Positions 49,491-59,444 of a DNA stretch of 64,000 nt are shown piece after piece. The notes under the pieces are model-generated. The model was given only the letters and a program-made list of their open reading frames with translations. It did not search any database and had not been told where the DNA came from. The stretch is from Gammaproteobacteria bacterium (GTDB taxonomy: Bacteria > Pseudomonadota > Gammaproteobacteria > Eutrophobiales > Eutrophobiaceae): positions 640,001 to 704,000 of the forward strand of contig OZ244905.1 of the NCBI GenBank assembly GCA_965221695.1. Direction: 5' to 3'. Position 1 is the first letter of the stretch. Each line of letters starts with the position of its first letter. A program made the translations under genes and the position numbers.

Positions 49491-49778
49491 TCAAGCCGCC
49501 TTCTTGGGTCGTGTAGTAATTTTCAGTTCCCGCCCCACCCTGGCCAGCATATTCACCAGCGCATCAATACTGAATTTGAAGATATGACCGTTCATGAGTG
49601 CGCTGACTTCAGGCTGATTGATCTCCAACAAGGCAGCGGCATCTTTCTGCTTGAGGCCTTTCTTACGGATGTATTACCGGATTTCAATCAGTAACTCCGC
49701 TCGGACTTTCATGTTGGCGGCTTCCTGTTTGTTGAAACCAATATCCTCAAAGATATTGTCTGTCGTGATATTTTTCAT
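49491..49778 (-). pseudogene. XRE/HigA-like antitoxin with in-frame stop
   Basis: My translation: MKNITTDNIFEDIGF...ELLIEIR*YIRKKGLKQKDAAALLEINQPEVSALMNGHIFKFSIDALVNML...KKAA. TAA at 49674-49676. Confidence 0.8.
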
Positions 49779-49805
49779 CGTACTATCTCTTAATCTGTTT
49801 AGGCA

Positions 49806-51203
49806 TTACAGGTTTCTTTTCATGATGAAACTTTCGTTGATAAACCACAGGCCGTCGAATTCGTTGATCACTTCCATGGTGGTCCTTAAATAATCACTGT
49901 GTTCGGCCATCACGGCATCGACTTTTTCCTCGGGGACCTGGCAGACGTAGACCAGGTTATTCCAGGCTGCCTGCAAGGTTGCCTGGCTGACCTGGTTATG
50001 GGGGTCGATGGGTAATGTATGCATGTCAAAGCGGAACAGGGAGGTCTTGTCCGTGGCGCCGGTAAACGTGTATTTTCGTCTTGCATCGCCCAGGGATGAT
50101 CGGAGCGCGCTGACGATTTCCTGCCTGCGCACAAACACGGGGGCTTCTTCTTTCCAGATACGCTTCACCACTTCATGGGCAGGGTCCTGGCCGTAAGACT
50201 GGATAACCAGCATGCGCCCGTTCGGCGCCAGGTTCAGCGCCAATGGCCGCAACACGCGGTTTACCTTGAAGTCCAACGGCGCGCTGTGTCGATATAAATG
50301 GGAGGCGAGAATAAAATCATATTCGCGGCGCTCATAGCCGGGCCTGGGTATGATTTCGTTCAACAGAAATTTGTGGTCTTCCCTGTAGAGCACCAGCACA
50401 TTGGGCTTTTCATATAATGCCTGTCCGCGCTCACCGGTTTTAATGCGCCAGTTTTCAGCCAGCTTCGGGTGCAATGCGCTGATCTGCTGCTGAAAATCAA
50501 ACGCGGTTGAACCTTTCAGCGCGACGTCCTGCCACTCGAGCGCCATCGCCGCATGCACGGAATTGGCGCTAAGTGACGCGGCCTCATCAAAGTGCATATT
50601 GGTGACCACAAAGACGGTCAACGGATGTTCCAGGAACCGATCGGCCAGCCTGCCCAGGCTGTTCCTGAGGTCATCCAGACCATGTTCCTTGGCCACCACC
50701 AGGAACGGGATATTGGGGTGTTGGTTATGCAATGCCCGCAACACTCGCGCGATGACCACGCCATTCCTCAAGCTGCCGTCAAAAATGCGGAACGCAGGCG
50801 GCTTGATCGCCATATCCGCCATGGACTGGAAGCAGCGATCTGCAATCATCCACTTTTCGTTGCAGGTATTCGCCAGCAAGTGATGTTTCAGGCGTTCGTC
50901 ATGGTATTCATGGGCGTGGTACGGCCGCTCGGCTGTTTCACTTTCACGAATTTCAGACAACGCCTCGACACTGGCGACAGATTGCTTGCGCCTGGCGCGT
51001 CCTTTTACCACTTTCCTGCCGGAATTGACTTCTTCCATGAACTGGTAGATCCGGTTTACGGTATTGTCGCCTATGGCTGCGCCGTTGCGCGCGCGCTGGA
51101 CGAATTTGCCGTCGTTGACGGCGAGTCTGCCCAGGGTTGATTCGGCAATGCCGGCGCGCCTGCAAAAGGCATTGATATCATGAATAAGCTTTGCGTGTGT
51201 CAT
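49806..51203 (-). CDS. Hypothetical protein: N-terminal HTH-like domain plus degenerate methyltransferase-like domain
   Basis: FCRRAGIAESTLGRLAVNDGKFV HTH-like start; NTCNEK, FRIFDGSLRNG, YDFILASH and LAPNGRML resemble class I MTase strands. Confidence 0.55.
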   Translation of the reverse strand: MTHAKLIHDINAFCRRAGIAESTLGRLAVNDGKFVQRARNGAAIGDNTVNRIYQFMEEVNSGRKVVKGRARRKQSVASVEALSEIRESETAERPYHAHEYHDERLKHHLLANTCNEKWMIADRCFQSMADMAIKPPAFRIFDGSLRNGVVIARVLRALHNQHPNIPFLVVAKEHGLDDLRNSLGRLADRFLEHPLTVFVVTNMHFDEAASLSANSVHAAMALEWQDVALKGSTAFDFQQQISALHPKLAENWRIKTGERGQALYEKPNVLVLYREDHKFLLNEIIPRPGYERREYDFILASHLYRHSAPLDFKVNRVLRPLALNLAPNGRMLVIQSYGQDPAHEVVKRIWKEEAPVFVRRQEIVSALRSSLGDARRKYTFTGATDKTSLFRFDMHTLPIDPHNQVSQATLQAAWNNLVYVCQVPEEKVDAVMAEHSDYLRTTMEVINEFDGLWFINESFIMKRNL

Positions 51204-51349
51204 GTTGCCCGACTTTTTCCTGTACTGCGGAAAAGTTCAACCGCCCACTATATTCAGAAAATGTTCGCCGGTTTCAGCATTTTTTCCGAATATATTATCA
51301 TTATGTAACATCTCAGGTGATTTGGACACAGGTATTCCGGGTACTGTTT

Positions 51350-52924
51350 ATGAGAGGGAGATATGACGCAATCATTGTGGGCGCCGGCCATAACGGCTTG
51401 ACCTGCGGCGCTTACCTGGCCAAAGCCGGGTTGAAGACACTGGTCCTTGAGCATCGCCATGTTATTGGCGGCGCTGCCGTAACGGAAGAGTTTTCGCCGG
51501 GTTTTCGGGCCTCCACCTTCGCTTTTATCATGGGGCATTTGCATCCCAAGGTAATCAAGGATCTGGAGTTGCGCAAATTCGGCCTGGAACATGTCGTAGT
51601 CGACAATATCATCAACCCCACCGAAGACGGTGATTCTATTGTATTCACCAAGGACCCGAAGAAAACCCTGGCGCAAATTGCGCGTTTTTCAAAAAAAGAC
51701 GCTGAAAATTACCCGAAATTTTTTGAATCATTATCCGGCAGTATCAGGTTGCTACGGAAACTGCAACTGGAGACTCCTGTCGACCCTACCCGCACGGACT
51801 TCAGGTCCCGGCTGAAGATGGCGAACTTTCTCTGGCGTTACCGGCATACCGGCAAGGAACTCATCAATATCATTGATGCCTTGTCCATGAGCGCCCATGA
51901 CTATGTTTCCCGCTGGTTCGAAACAGACATCGTCAAGGCCAAGTTCATGTACTGGGCTACGATCGGGGGCACTGTGGGCCCTTTCTCGCCGGGTACCGCC
52001 TTCTACCTGGTTGCGCACCTGGTTGGCCAGACCGGGATGAGTTTTGCGCGCGGCGGAATGGGTCGCATCTCCGATGCCATTGCCGCTTCGGGCATGAGTC
52101 ACGGGATGGAAGTCAGGGTGTCTTCACCGGTTGAAAATATCCTGCTCAGCAACGGGCGGGCCAGCGGGGTGAGACTGGCTGACGGAGAAGAAGTCCAGGC
52201 AAAACTTGTCGTATCCAATGCCAATGCAAAAGCCACCTTCGGCGGCCTGGTTGGAGAAGAGCAACTGCCTGAAGAATTCATGCAACGCATCAACCGTTAT
52301 CGCACCCGCGGCAAGTCATTCAAACTGCTGTGCGCGGTCGACCGCTTGCCGCAATATACCGGATTCAGCAGGGAAAAAACGGGAGTTGACTATCCGGCTT
52401 ATGCGCATATAGGACCGACGCCGGAATACCTGGAACGCGCGTTTGATGAAGCGAAATACGGCTGGTATTCTTCCAGGCCGTTTCTCTCGCCGATCGTTCC
52501 CAGTTATTATGACGGCAGTTTGTGCCCGCAGGGAAAACACGTGGTTTCCCTCTATGGTGGCGTTGCGTCTTATGCGCTGAAGGGCGCCACCTGGGATGAA
52601 GAGCGACCGAAGCTCACAAAAGCGGCGCTGGATGTCATGGACCGGTTTGCGCCGGGTTTCTCCTCATCGGTACTGGACCTGAAACTGCTGTTGCCCGCGG
52701 ATTTCGAAGAAACGCTGGGCATGCCGGGGGGCAATACCCTGCATGGTGAGATGGCGCTGGACCAGATGTTTTTCCTGCGTCCGGCGCCCGGGTATGCCGA
52801 CTACCGCTCGCCAATCCGAGGGCTTTACCAATGCGGCGCTTCCACGCATCCGGGCGGCGCCGTCTCCGCCGTACCCGGACATAATGCGGCCAGGGAAATC
52901 CTGAGAGACTGGAAAAAACTGTAA
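51350..52924 (+). CDS. Phytoene desaturase-like (COG1233) FAD oxidoreductase A
   Basis: YDAIIVGAGHNGL, GGAAVTEE, GGMG and GLYQCGASTHPGGAV. Confidence 0.88.
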   Translation: MRGRYDAIIVGAGHNGLTCGAYLAKAGLKTLVLEHRHVIGGAAVTEEFSPGFRASTFAFIMGHLHPKVIKDLELRKFGLEHVVVDNIINPTEDGDSIVFTKDPKKTLAQIARFSKKDAENYPKFFESLSGSIRLLRKLQLETPVDPTRTDFRSRLKMANFLWRYRHTGKELINIIDALSMSAHDYVSRWFETDIVKAKFMYWATIGGTVGPFSPGTAFYLVAHLVGQTGMSFARGGMGRISDAIAASGMSHGMEVRVSSPVENILLSNGRASGVRLADGEEVQAKLVVSNANAKATFGGLVGEEQLPEEFMQRINRYRTRGKSFKLLCAVDRLPQYTGFSREKTGVDYPAYAHIGPTPEYLERAFDEAKYGWYSSRPFLSPIVPSYYDGSLCPQGKHVVSLYGGVASYALKGATWDEERPKLTKAALDVMDRFAPGFSSSVLDLKLLLPADFEETLGMPGGNTLHGEMALDQMFFLRPAPGYADYRSPIRGLYQCGASTHPGGAVSAVPGHNAAREILRDWKKL

Positions 52925-52933
52925 CCAGACGCT

Positions 52934-54520
52934 ATGAATACCACAAAACAATATGATGCCATTATCGTCGGCGCCGGTCACAACGGCCTGACCTGTGGCG
53001 CCTACCTGGCAAGGGCGGGCCTGAAAACGCTGGTGCTCGAACGCCGCCATGTCATCGGCGGGGCGGCAGTGACGGAAGAATTTTCCCCGGGTTTCCGCGC
53101 CTCAATATTTTCCTACATCATGGGTCATGTCAATCCGAAGGTTATCGCAGATCTTGAGCTGGAAAAATTCGGCCTTGAGCACCTGAAGGTAAAGGATGTC
53201 ATCTATCCACTATATGATAACGACTGCATCGTCTTTACCAGCGACCTGGAACGCAATCTGCAACAGATTGCCCGGTTTTCAAAAAAAGATGCGGAAGCCT
53301 ATCCCGAGTTCTTCCGCTACATGTCCAATTCCATTGAGGTCATGCGTAAGTGGTTACTGGAAACGCCTATCGATCCTGCCGACCGCTCCTGGCGTAAATT
53401 CAAGGAAACCGCCGGCATGCTCTGGCGTTACCGAAAAATCGGCGATGAGTTTTACCGCATTATCGATGCGATGACCATGAGCGCATATGATTATGTGTCA
53501 CAGTGGTTTGAATCAGACGTGGTGAGAGCCGTGCTGTGTTACTGGGCAACCATAGGCTGCAACGTGGGACCAAAGTCGCCCGGCACAGCTTTCAACATCC
53601 TGTTCCACCTGGTGGGTGAGAATGGCATGGGGTTTTGCCGCGGCGGAATGGGCATGATCTCACAGTCCTTGGCCGACTCGGGCAAATGCCATGGAATGGA
53701 AATCAAAACCGGCGTCCCGGTCAGTGAAATACTCGTTGAAAACGGCAGGGCCGTCGGTGTCGTTACCGAAGACGGCAGTGAATATCGCAGCAAACTGGTC
53801 AGTTGCAACGTCTCTGCGAGTCTTACCTTCGGTAAACTGGTAAAGGAAGCACACCTGCCGGACACCTTCATGCGCGAGATCAAACAGTTCCGTAACAAGG
53901 GCAGCGCATTCAAGATTAACCTGGCCGTAGAGCGGGCGCCACAGTACAAGGGGTTTGACCCGGTAGTGGCAGGTGTCGATTACCCTGCCTATGCTCATAT
54001 CGGCCCGACGACGGAGTACCTGGAACGGGCAGCCGATGATGCCAAGTACGGATGGTATTCAGCAAAACCGTTTATATCACCCATCGTGCCCAGCATGATC
54101 GATGACAGCCTGGCGCCGGAAGGCAAACACGTGGTAACACTTTACGGTGGTCATGCGCCCCATGAGTTAAAGGATGCGAAATGGGACGATGAGAGGGATA
54201 GTTTCGTGAGAAATGTTATGGACGTGATGGATGAATTCGCACCGGGTTTTTCATCCTCGATCATCGATATGCAGGTTCTGTTGCCGCCGGATATTGAACG
54301 CATCCTGGGCATTCCGGGCGGCCATGAATTACATGGTGAGGTGGCGCTGGACCAGCTTTTCTTCATGCGTCCGGCGTCAAAATACGCAGATTACCGGTCC
54401 CCGGTGTACGGGCTGTACCAGTGCGGCGCCTCCACCCATCCCGGTGGCGCTGTGTCCGCGGTCCCGGGGCACAATGCCGCGCGGGAAATACTCAAAGACT
54501 GGAAACAGCTCAGGAAGTAA
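52934..54520 (+). CDS. Phytoene desaturase-like (COG1233) FAD oxidoreductase B
   Basis: Same motifs as A; visibly paralogous over the full length; starts 9 bp after A. Confidence 0.88.
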   Translation: MNTTKQYDAIIVGAGHNGLTCGAYLARAGLKTLVLERRHVIGGAAVTEEFSPGFRASIFSYIMGHVNPKVIADLELEKFGLEHLKVKDVIYPLYDNDCIVFTSDLERNLQQIARFSKKDAEAYPEFFRYMSNSIEVMRKWLLETPIDPADRSWRKFKETAGMLWRYRKIGDEFYRIIDAMTMSAYDYVSQWFESDVVRAVLCYWATIGCNVGPKSPGTAFNILFHLVGENGMGFCRGGMGMISQSLADSGKCHGMEIKTGVPVSEILVENGRAVGVVTEDGSEYRSKLVSCNVSASLTFGKLVKEAHLPDTFMREIKQFRNKGSAFKINLAVERAPQYKGFDPVVAGVDYPAYAHIGPTTEYLERAADDAKYGWYSAKPFISPIVPSMIDDSLAPEGKHVVTLYGGHAPHELKDAKWDDERDSFVRNVMDVMDEFAPGFSSSIIDMQVLLPPDIERILGIPGGHELHGEVALDQLFFMRPASKYADYRSPVYGLYQCGASTHPGGAVSAVPGHNAAREILKDWKQLRK

Positions 54521-55334
54521 GGAGCTTCCTGACCGCCGGCCAGGCCGCCCTCCCGCCTTCGTCGAGTGCCTTTACCGCACCAGGATTTAACCAGTCGAGT
54601 ATGCCTTTTTGGTAACTTGGCCTGTTCTTCAAGCGCTCATACCAGGAGCTGACATGGGGCCGTTCAGACCACATACCCTGAAAATTCAACATCTCCAGCC
54701 GGGTCATATAAGAAGTGTAGGCAATATCCGCCAGCGAGTAATCGCTGCCACATAACCATTCGGAGCGCATCAACAGGGTCTCGAAGTCATGCAGCAGAAT
54801 ATCCATGTTGTATATCGCGTTTTTGAAGCTCTCCGCCGCCGTACCTTCATGCACCGTTTCCTGTAACCAGCGCTTGCTGTTGGCGTTCATGGAACGATCT
54901 ATTTCCGCATCTATAGCCTGCCTGTCCCGACTGCTGACACGATCCAGCAGTTGCAGTCGGTAGGCAGCGCCATAGGTAATTACCGAGATATCATGATGGA
55001 TACCGTCACTGCCGTTGTCCAAGCGCATGAGCAACAGCCGCATCCGGGCGCACTCATGGGCATGCCGGGGCCGCAAGGGCGGGTCAGCGAAGACATCATC
55101 AAGGTACTCAAGAATTATGTTTGACTCGACGATGACATTACCATCATGCACCAGTGTCGGGACCACTGCCTTGGGGTTCAATTGCAGGTACTCAGGGGCA
55201 AACTGGTCGCCGGCTGACAGGTCCAGAAGTTCCCCATGCCACAACAAGCCCTTCTCAGCCAGGGCAATACGCACCTTGGCCGCGCAAACAGACATGTAAT
55301 GGTGATAGAGTTTAAGCGTCTTGTCGTGTTCCAA
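54510..55334 (-). CDS. Glutathione S-transferase family protein
   Basis: SVCAAKVRIALAEKG, LNPKAVVPTL, ESNIILEYLDD and YSLADI. Confidence 0.88.
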   Translation of the reverse strand: MEHDKTLKLYHHYMSVCAAKVRIALAEKGLLWHGELLDLSAGDQFAPEYLQLNPKAVVPTLVHDGNVIVESNIILEYLDDVFADPPLRPRHAHECARMRLLLMRLDNGSDGIHHDISVITYGAAYRLQLLDRVSSRDRQAIDAEIDRSMNANSKRWLQETVHEGTAAESFKNAIYNMDILLHDFETLLMRSEWLCGSDYSLADIAYTSYMTRLEMLNFQGMWSERPHVSSWYERLKNRPSYQKGILDWLNPGAVKALDEGGRAAWPAVRKLLTS

Positions 55335-55349
55335 GCTAAGAAGCCCAGG

Positions 55350-56000
55350 CTAGATATAGTGCTTGATATCGTCGGTTTGAGGTCCAACGGCATACCTGGG
55401 CTCAGGAGGGCGACTGTCATACTCGCCATCGGGACTGGTGAAGCTGATAGTATGGTTAAAATGCCGTTCCAACTCATTATCGACCAGCCCCACAGTGAGT
55501 GACCCGGGAACCGCAACACTGTATTCAATGTCTGCCGCGGTGACGCTGACCATATAACCTTTCGGCAGCGCCGCGCCCAGGCAGCCGAGGCGCTGCAGGA
55601 CTGTTTCAGGCGTCGGAAATCGGTTCAACGGGATGGGATCGGGGTCTGCGCCTTCCCGTTCGGCCGTGAGTTGCAGCCGGGCCAGGCGGCCCTCCAGATA
55701 TTTCAGACGCCAGGCAAACCGAGAGATATGCAGTGACCGGTATTCGTTGACCCTGCATTCGGCGCCGGCGCTCAGTATGATGCCTCCCCCTGCCGCGACC
55801 AGGTAAACAGCAGGACTTACTACGGCGTTTCCATCGAAGACTGGCAGTTCGGGGTTGGTCCGGATCCCGTCCAGTCCCGCTGGATGCATATCCACTGCAC
55901 CCTCCTTCCGGCGCGCCCTGAACAGTCGGTCTACCAATATATCCGGTGTGGTGATATGTTCCGGGCCGTGCACATGTGGCCTGTAAAGATAATGGGACAT
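55350..56000 (-). CDS. Hypothetical protein
   Basis: 216 aa ORF with RBS GGAG, tightly spaced between the BNR and GST genes on the same strand. Confidence 0.6.
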   Translation of the reverse strand: MSHYLYRPHVHGPEHITTPDILVDRLFRARRKEGAVDMHPAGLDGIRTNPELPVFDGNAVVSPAVYLVAAGGGIILSAGAECRVNEYRSLHISRFAWRLKYLEGRLARLQLTAEREGADPDPIPLNRFPTPETVLQRLGCLGAALPKGYMVSVTAADIEYSVAVPGSLTVGLVDNELERHFNHTISFTSPDGEYDSRPPEPRYAVGPQTDDIKHYI

Positions 56001-56021
56001 AAATTTTGCTCTCCCGTTTGC

Positions 56022-56999
56022 TCAGTCGGAGGCCGGCGCCCAACCGATCATGCGCACTTCACCCAATTCCCGCCGCACCTTCTCCCAGGACTCGCCACCG
56101 TCCTTGCTACGGAAGATCTGGCCGAAAAGGGTACACAGAAAGATGAGATTCGGGTCTGCTGCGTTGGTTCCAATCCACCAGATGGTGCTGTTGACCGGCT
56201 CCGGCACTGGCGCCCTCTCCCAGGTTTCACCCATATCCCGGCTCAGCAGTAACATGCCCGTATCCCCTGACGGCAAATGCCCTACTGACGCGAATATCAC
56301 GCCGCTGCCGTCTTTTTTCAGTTCCAAACAGCGTAGATAGGGCCATGGTGACTGCGGGATGGGAACGTGGCGCCAGGATTGTCCCTCATCCGTGCTTTTG
56401 TGCAGGCCGGCTTCCGTTGAACAGAAAATAGTCCGTTCACCCGGTTTGCCAAGAAAAACCAGGTTATGGGTATCGTTGTCTCGCAGTCCGTCCACCAGGC
56501 GTTCCCAGGTCTCGCCGCGGTCTTTTGAGCGAAATACACCATCGATCTCGATCGTAATCCAAATCGTATCGGTGTCATCCGGATCGAACTGGATCGACGT
56601 CACACGCGTGGTGTTAATAAACCAGCACTCCGTTGCCGCATCAAGCTTGCAGCGGCGCCAGGTTATGCCGTCATCCTCTGACTTGAATATCTCACCCGGC
56701 CGGGTGCCGCAGACAATGAAGCTAGGGTCATCCGGACATCTGGCAACCTGGTGAATCTGCAGATCATCCATGGGTGTAGAAATGTAGTTCCAACGCCCGG
56801 TATCGTCGAGCCATCGATACAGGCCCTGGTCTGTCCCTGCCAGAAATTCACCGGGCCGGTGCGGATGGGCAACCACAGACCAGCAACGCGCCTCATTGTA
56901 TAAACCACCGGTCGGGGTCGGCGGGCGTTTCCAGGTCAAGCCAAGGTCATGGCTGAACCAGACTGCCTGCATGGTTGCGGCAAAAGCTGTCACTTTCAT
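56022..56999 (-). CDS. Cytoplasmic BNR/Asp-box beta-propeller protein
   Basis: Six SxDxGxTW-like Asp boxes (SHDLGLTW, SEDDGITW, SKDRGETW, STDEGQSW, SRDMGETW, SKDGGESW); no signal peptide. Confidence 0.85.
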   Translation of the reverse strand: MKVTAFAATMQAVWFSHDLGLTWKRPPTPTGGLYNEARCWSVVAHPHRPGEFLAGTDQGLYRWLDDTGRWNYISTPMDDLQIHQVARCPDDPSFIVCGTRPGEIFKSEDDGITWRRCKLDAATECWFINTTRVTSIQFDPDDTDTIWITIEIDGVFRSKDRGETWERLVDGLRDNDTHNLVFLGKPGERTIFCSTEAGLHKSTDEGQSWRHVPIPQSPWPYLRCLELKKDGSGVIFASVGHLPSGDTGMLLLSRDMGETWERAPVPEPVNSTIWWIGTNAADPNLIFLCTLFGQIFRSKDGGESWEKVRRELGEVRMIGWAPASD

Positions 57000-57114
57000 G
57001 GGGTTGTCATCAATGAAAAATGTTCATACACAATAATCATACTGCATCCTGTGCGGGTAGCGTCTTAATAATCGGAAATCAAGCAATCATTAAAAAATAA
57101 CAGGACAAACCATT

Positions 57115-57163
57115 ATCCCATTACAAAAATATCTTTGACTGGATTCTCTAATGGGATTATATT
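57115..57163 (+). promoter_or_regulatory. Sigma70 promoter with overlapping inverted repeat
   Basis: TTGACT(57135)-N17-TATATT(57158); ATCCCATTA(57115)/TAATGGGAT(57149) inverted repeat. Confidence 0.55.
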
Positions 57164-57190
57164 ACTACGCTTACATTGGAGGAAATACCC

Positions 57191-59395
57191 ATGCGCACAC
57201 ATCTTCTGAAATTAATTGCTCTATCCGTGTTTATCTCCTGGAATTCTGCAGCGCTTTATGCCGCAGAGTTGGAAGAGGTCATAGTAACGGCCCAGAAAAG
57301 GGAGCAAAGCCTGCAGGATGTATCGCTTGCGGTAACGGCTTTCACCCAGGAGGGCATGAGCAGGATCGGCGCCAATAATGTTGAGCGGCTGGACTTGCTG
57401 ACACCGGGTATGGAATGGGGGCAATTTGGTCTCGGCGCCAAGGTTAGTATTCGCGGGCAGGGTGTGGCTAACTTTGAAGCAAATACCGACGGGCCGGTCG
57501 GAACCTTTGTGGATGGCATTTACCTCGGACGCGGCCAACAGGCATGGACGGTATTATCAGACATAGAGCGCGTGGAAGTCTTGCGCGGACCCCAGGGGAC
57601 ACTGTTCGGCCGCAACACGACCGGAGGCAGCATCAATATAGTCAGTAACAAACCGACAAAGGAATTCGACGCCAGCGCCAGCGTGCGGGTTGGGGATTAT
57701 TCATTGTACGAGATCAACGGCATGGTGAATGTGCCCTTGAGTGACACTTTGTCCTCGCGTTTCGTTATCTTTCGCGAGGAACATGATGGTTTCATGGAAA
57801 ACCAACATCCCGGCGGCAATGATTACCTGGATGAGGACATGATTTTCGGCAGGGCCGCGTTCCGTTTTGATAATGATTCCAATCTGATAGTGGATCTGGC
57901 AGTCGATTACTGGGAACAGGACAATAACGGCGCAGCGTTTTCCGGCATCAAGTTTTTTGACCAGGATGAACCGCACGTCAACACCTGGGCATCTGCGCTG
58001 TTGGGGTTGTCAGGCGCTGATCGGGTACCGGCAGATACCGATGAAGACTGGAAGTTTAACGCCGATACGATATCGCGCCAGGATGTCAAATCCTATAGTA
58101 TTGTTGGCGTGGTGCAGTATGAAACTGACTTCGCGACCTTCAAGAGCATCACCGGTTATTCGGACTATGACCAGCTTGCCGGCGGTGAAAGCGATTTCTC
58201 CACTTTTGAACTCGCAGACCTGACGCTGGATACGCAGGCCAAGGTTTTCAGCCAGGAACTTCAATTACAGTCGAACAATGATGACTCACGCCTGAACTGG
58301 CTGTTGGGTCTTTATTATCTTGATGAGGAAATCGACGAGTTGTTCCGCTTTGACTTTGTGCCGGCTGGTTTTGATTTTTCAACGCGCGACGGCAAGGCCA
58401 AGGCTAAATCGTATGCCGGTTTTGGCCATGCGGAATATGACCTGATGGATCAATTGCGCATCATTTTTGGCTTTCGCTACACCATTGATGAGAAAAGTTA
58501 CGACTCAACTGATGTAGCACGCGCCGATAAGCGCGGTACGGTAAGTGGTGACGAAACCTTCGAGGAATTCACCTGGCGAGCCGGATTTGAATACTTTGTC
58601 AATGATGAAACCATGGTCTATTTTAATGCGTCCACCGGCTTCAAGTCGGGTGGTTTCAATCGATTTCAACCACCACCCGGCGGCTCGATCGGCGTAGGCC
58701 TGGGCGATGTGGCGGTGAACTATGACCTGGTTTTTGCCCCCGAAACGATTACCAACTATGAGGGTGGAATAAAAACAGACTGGCTGGGTAATCGCATGCG
58801 GACCAACCTCGCGATATATTACAATGAGATAGAGGACCTGCAGGCTTATGCGTTTGATAACTCCGTGCCCAGTTCGGTAACGACGAATGCCGGCCAAGCC
58901 AGCACTTTTGGCGTGGAATTGGAGAATACGTTCTTCCCTGTGCCCGCAGCGCAGATCTTTGCAATGATCGCCTATATGGATGCGGAATATGATGAATACG
59001 GCGCCTTCAATAATGGCTCGCAAAACATTGACGCTTCCGGCAATACCCGGGAATTGTCGCCAAAATGGAAAACGACTCTCACCGGACGCTATGATATTTC
59101 CCTTGGTGATATGGGTATCCTAAGCCCGTACATCCAGTTCACGTATAAATCCAAGTATTATGTCACTGCGGCAAACGAGTCCAGGTTCGGTCTGGACAGG
59201 CAGGATGGTTACACCCAGACTGATCTGAAATTGCTCTGGTCCTCCAACGATGAGCACTGGGGCGCGGAACTGTATGTGCAAAATATCGAGGATGAGGCGC
59301 CAAAGACAGGGGGATTCCTGGCAACCAATGGATACTGGATTACCTACGGCCCTGAACCAAGAACCGTCGGCGGCAGAGTCTCCTATCGCTTTTGA
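57191..59395 (+). CDS. TonB-dependent receptor
   Basis: RBS GGAGG; LEEVIVTAQKREQSLQD, ERVEVLRGPQGTLFGRNTTGG, terminal YRF. Confidence 0.92.
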   Translation: MRTHLLKLIALSVFISWNSAALYAAELEEVIVTAQKREQSLQDVSLAVTAFTQEGMSRIGANNVERLDLLTPGMEWGQFGLGAKVSIRGQGVANFEANTDGPVGTFVDGIYLGRGQQAWTVLSDIERVEVLRGPQGTLFGRNTTGGSINIVSNKPTKEFDASASVRVGDYSLYEINGMVNVPLSDTLSSRFVIFREEHDGFMENQHPGGNDYLDEDMIFGRAAFRFDNDSNLIVDLAVDYWEQDNNGAAFSGIKFFDQDEPHVNTWASALLGLSGADRVPADTDEDWKFNADTISRQDVKSYSIVGVVQYETDFATFKSITGYSDYDQLAGGESDFSTFELADLTLDTQAKVFSQELQLQSNNDDSRLNWLLGLYYLDEEIDELFRFDFVPAGFDFSTRDGKAKAKSYAGFGHAEYDLMDQLRIIFGFRYTIDEKSYDSTDVARADKRGTVSGDETFEEFTWRAGFEYFVNDETMVYFNASTGFKSGGFNRFQPPPGGSIGVGLGDVAVNYDLVFAPETITNYEGGIKTDWLGNRMRTNLAIYYNEIEDLQAYAFDNSVPSSVTTNAGQASTFGVELENTFFPVPAAQIFAMIAYMDAEYDEYGAFNNGSQNIDASGNTRELSPKWKTTLTGRYDISLGDMGILSPYIQFTYKSKYYVTAANESRFGLDRQDGYTQTDLKLLWSSNDEHWGAELYVQNIEDEAPKTGGFLATNGYWITYGPEPRTVGGRVSYRF

Positions 59396-59411
59396 GTATC
59401 GGCCTAATATG

Positions 59412-59444
59412 ACGAGCCCCGGTATCTGAAAAACCGGGGTTCGT
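59412..59444. terminator. Hairpin terminator between convergent genes
   Basis: ACGAGCCCCGGT-N9-ACCGGGGTTCGT. Confidence 0.65.

Noticed and set aside
51350-54520. Carotenoid biosynthesis (crtI) call
   Set aside because: No crtB/crtE nearby, and the context is catabolic.
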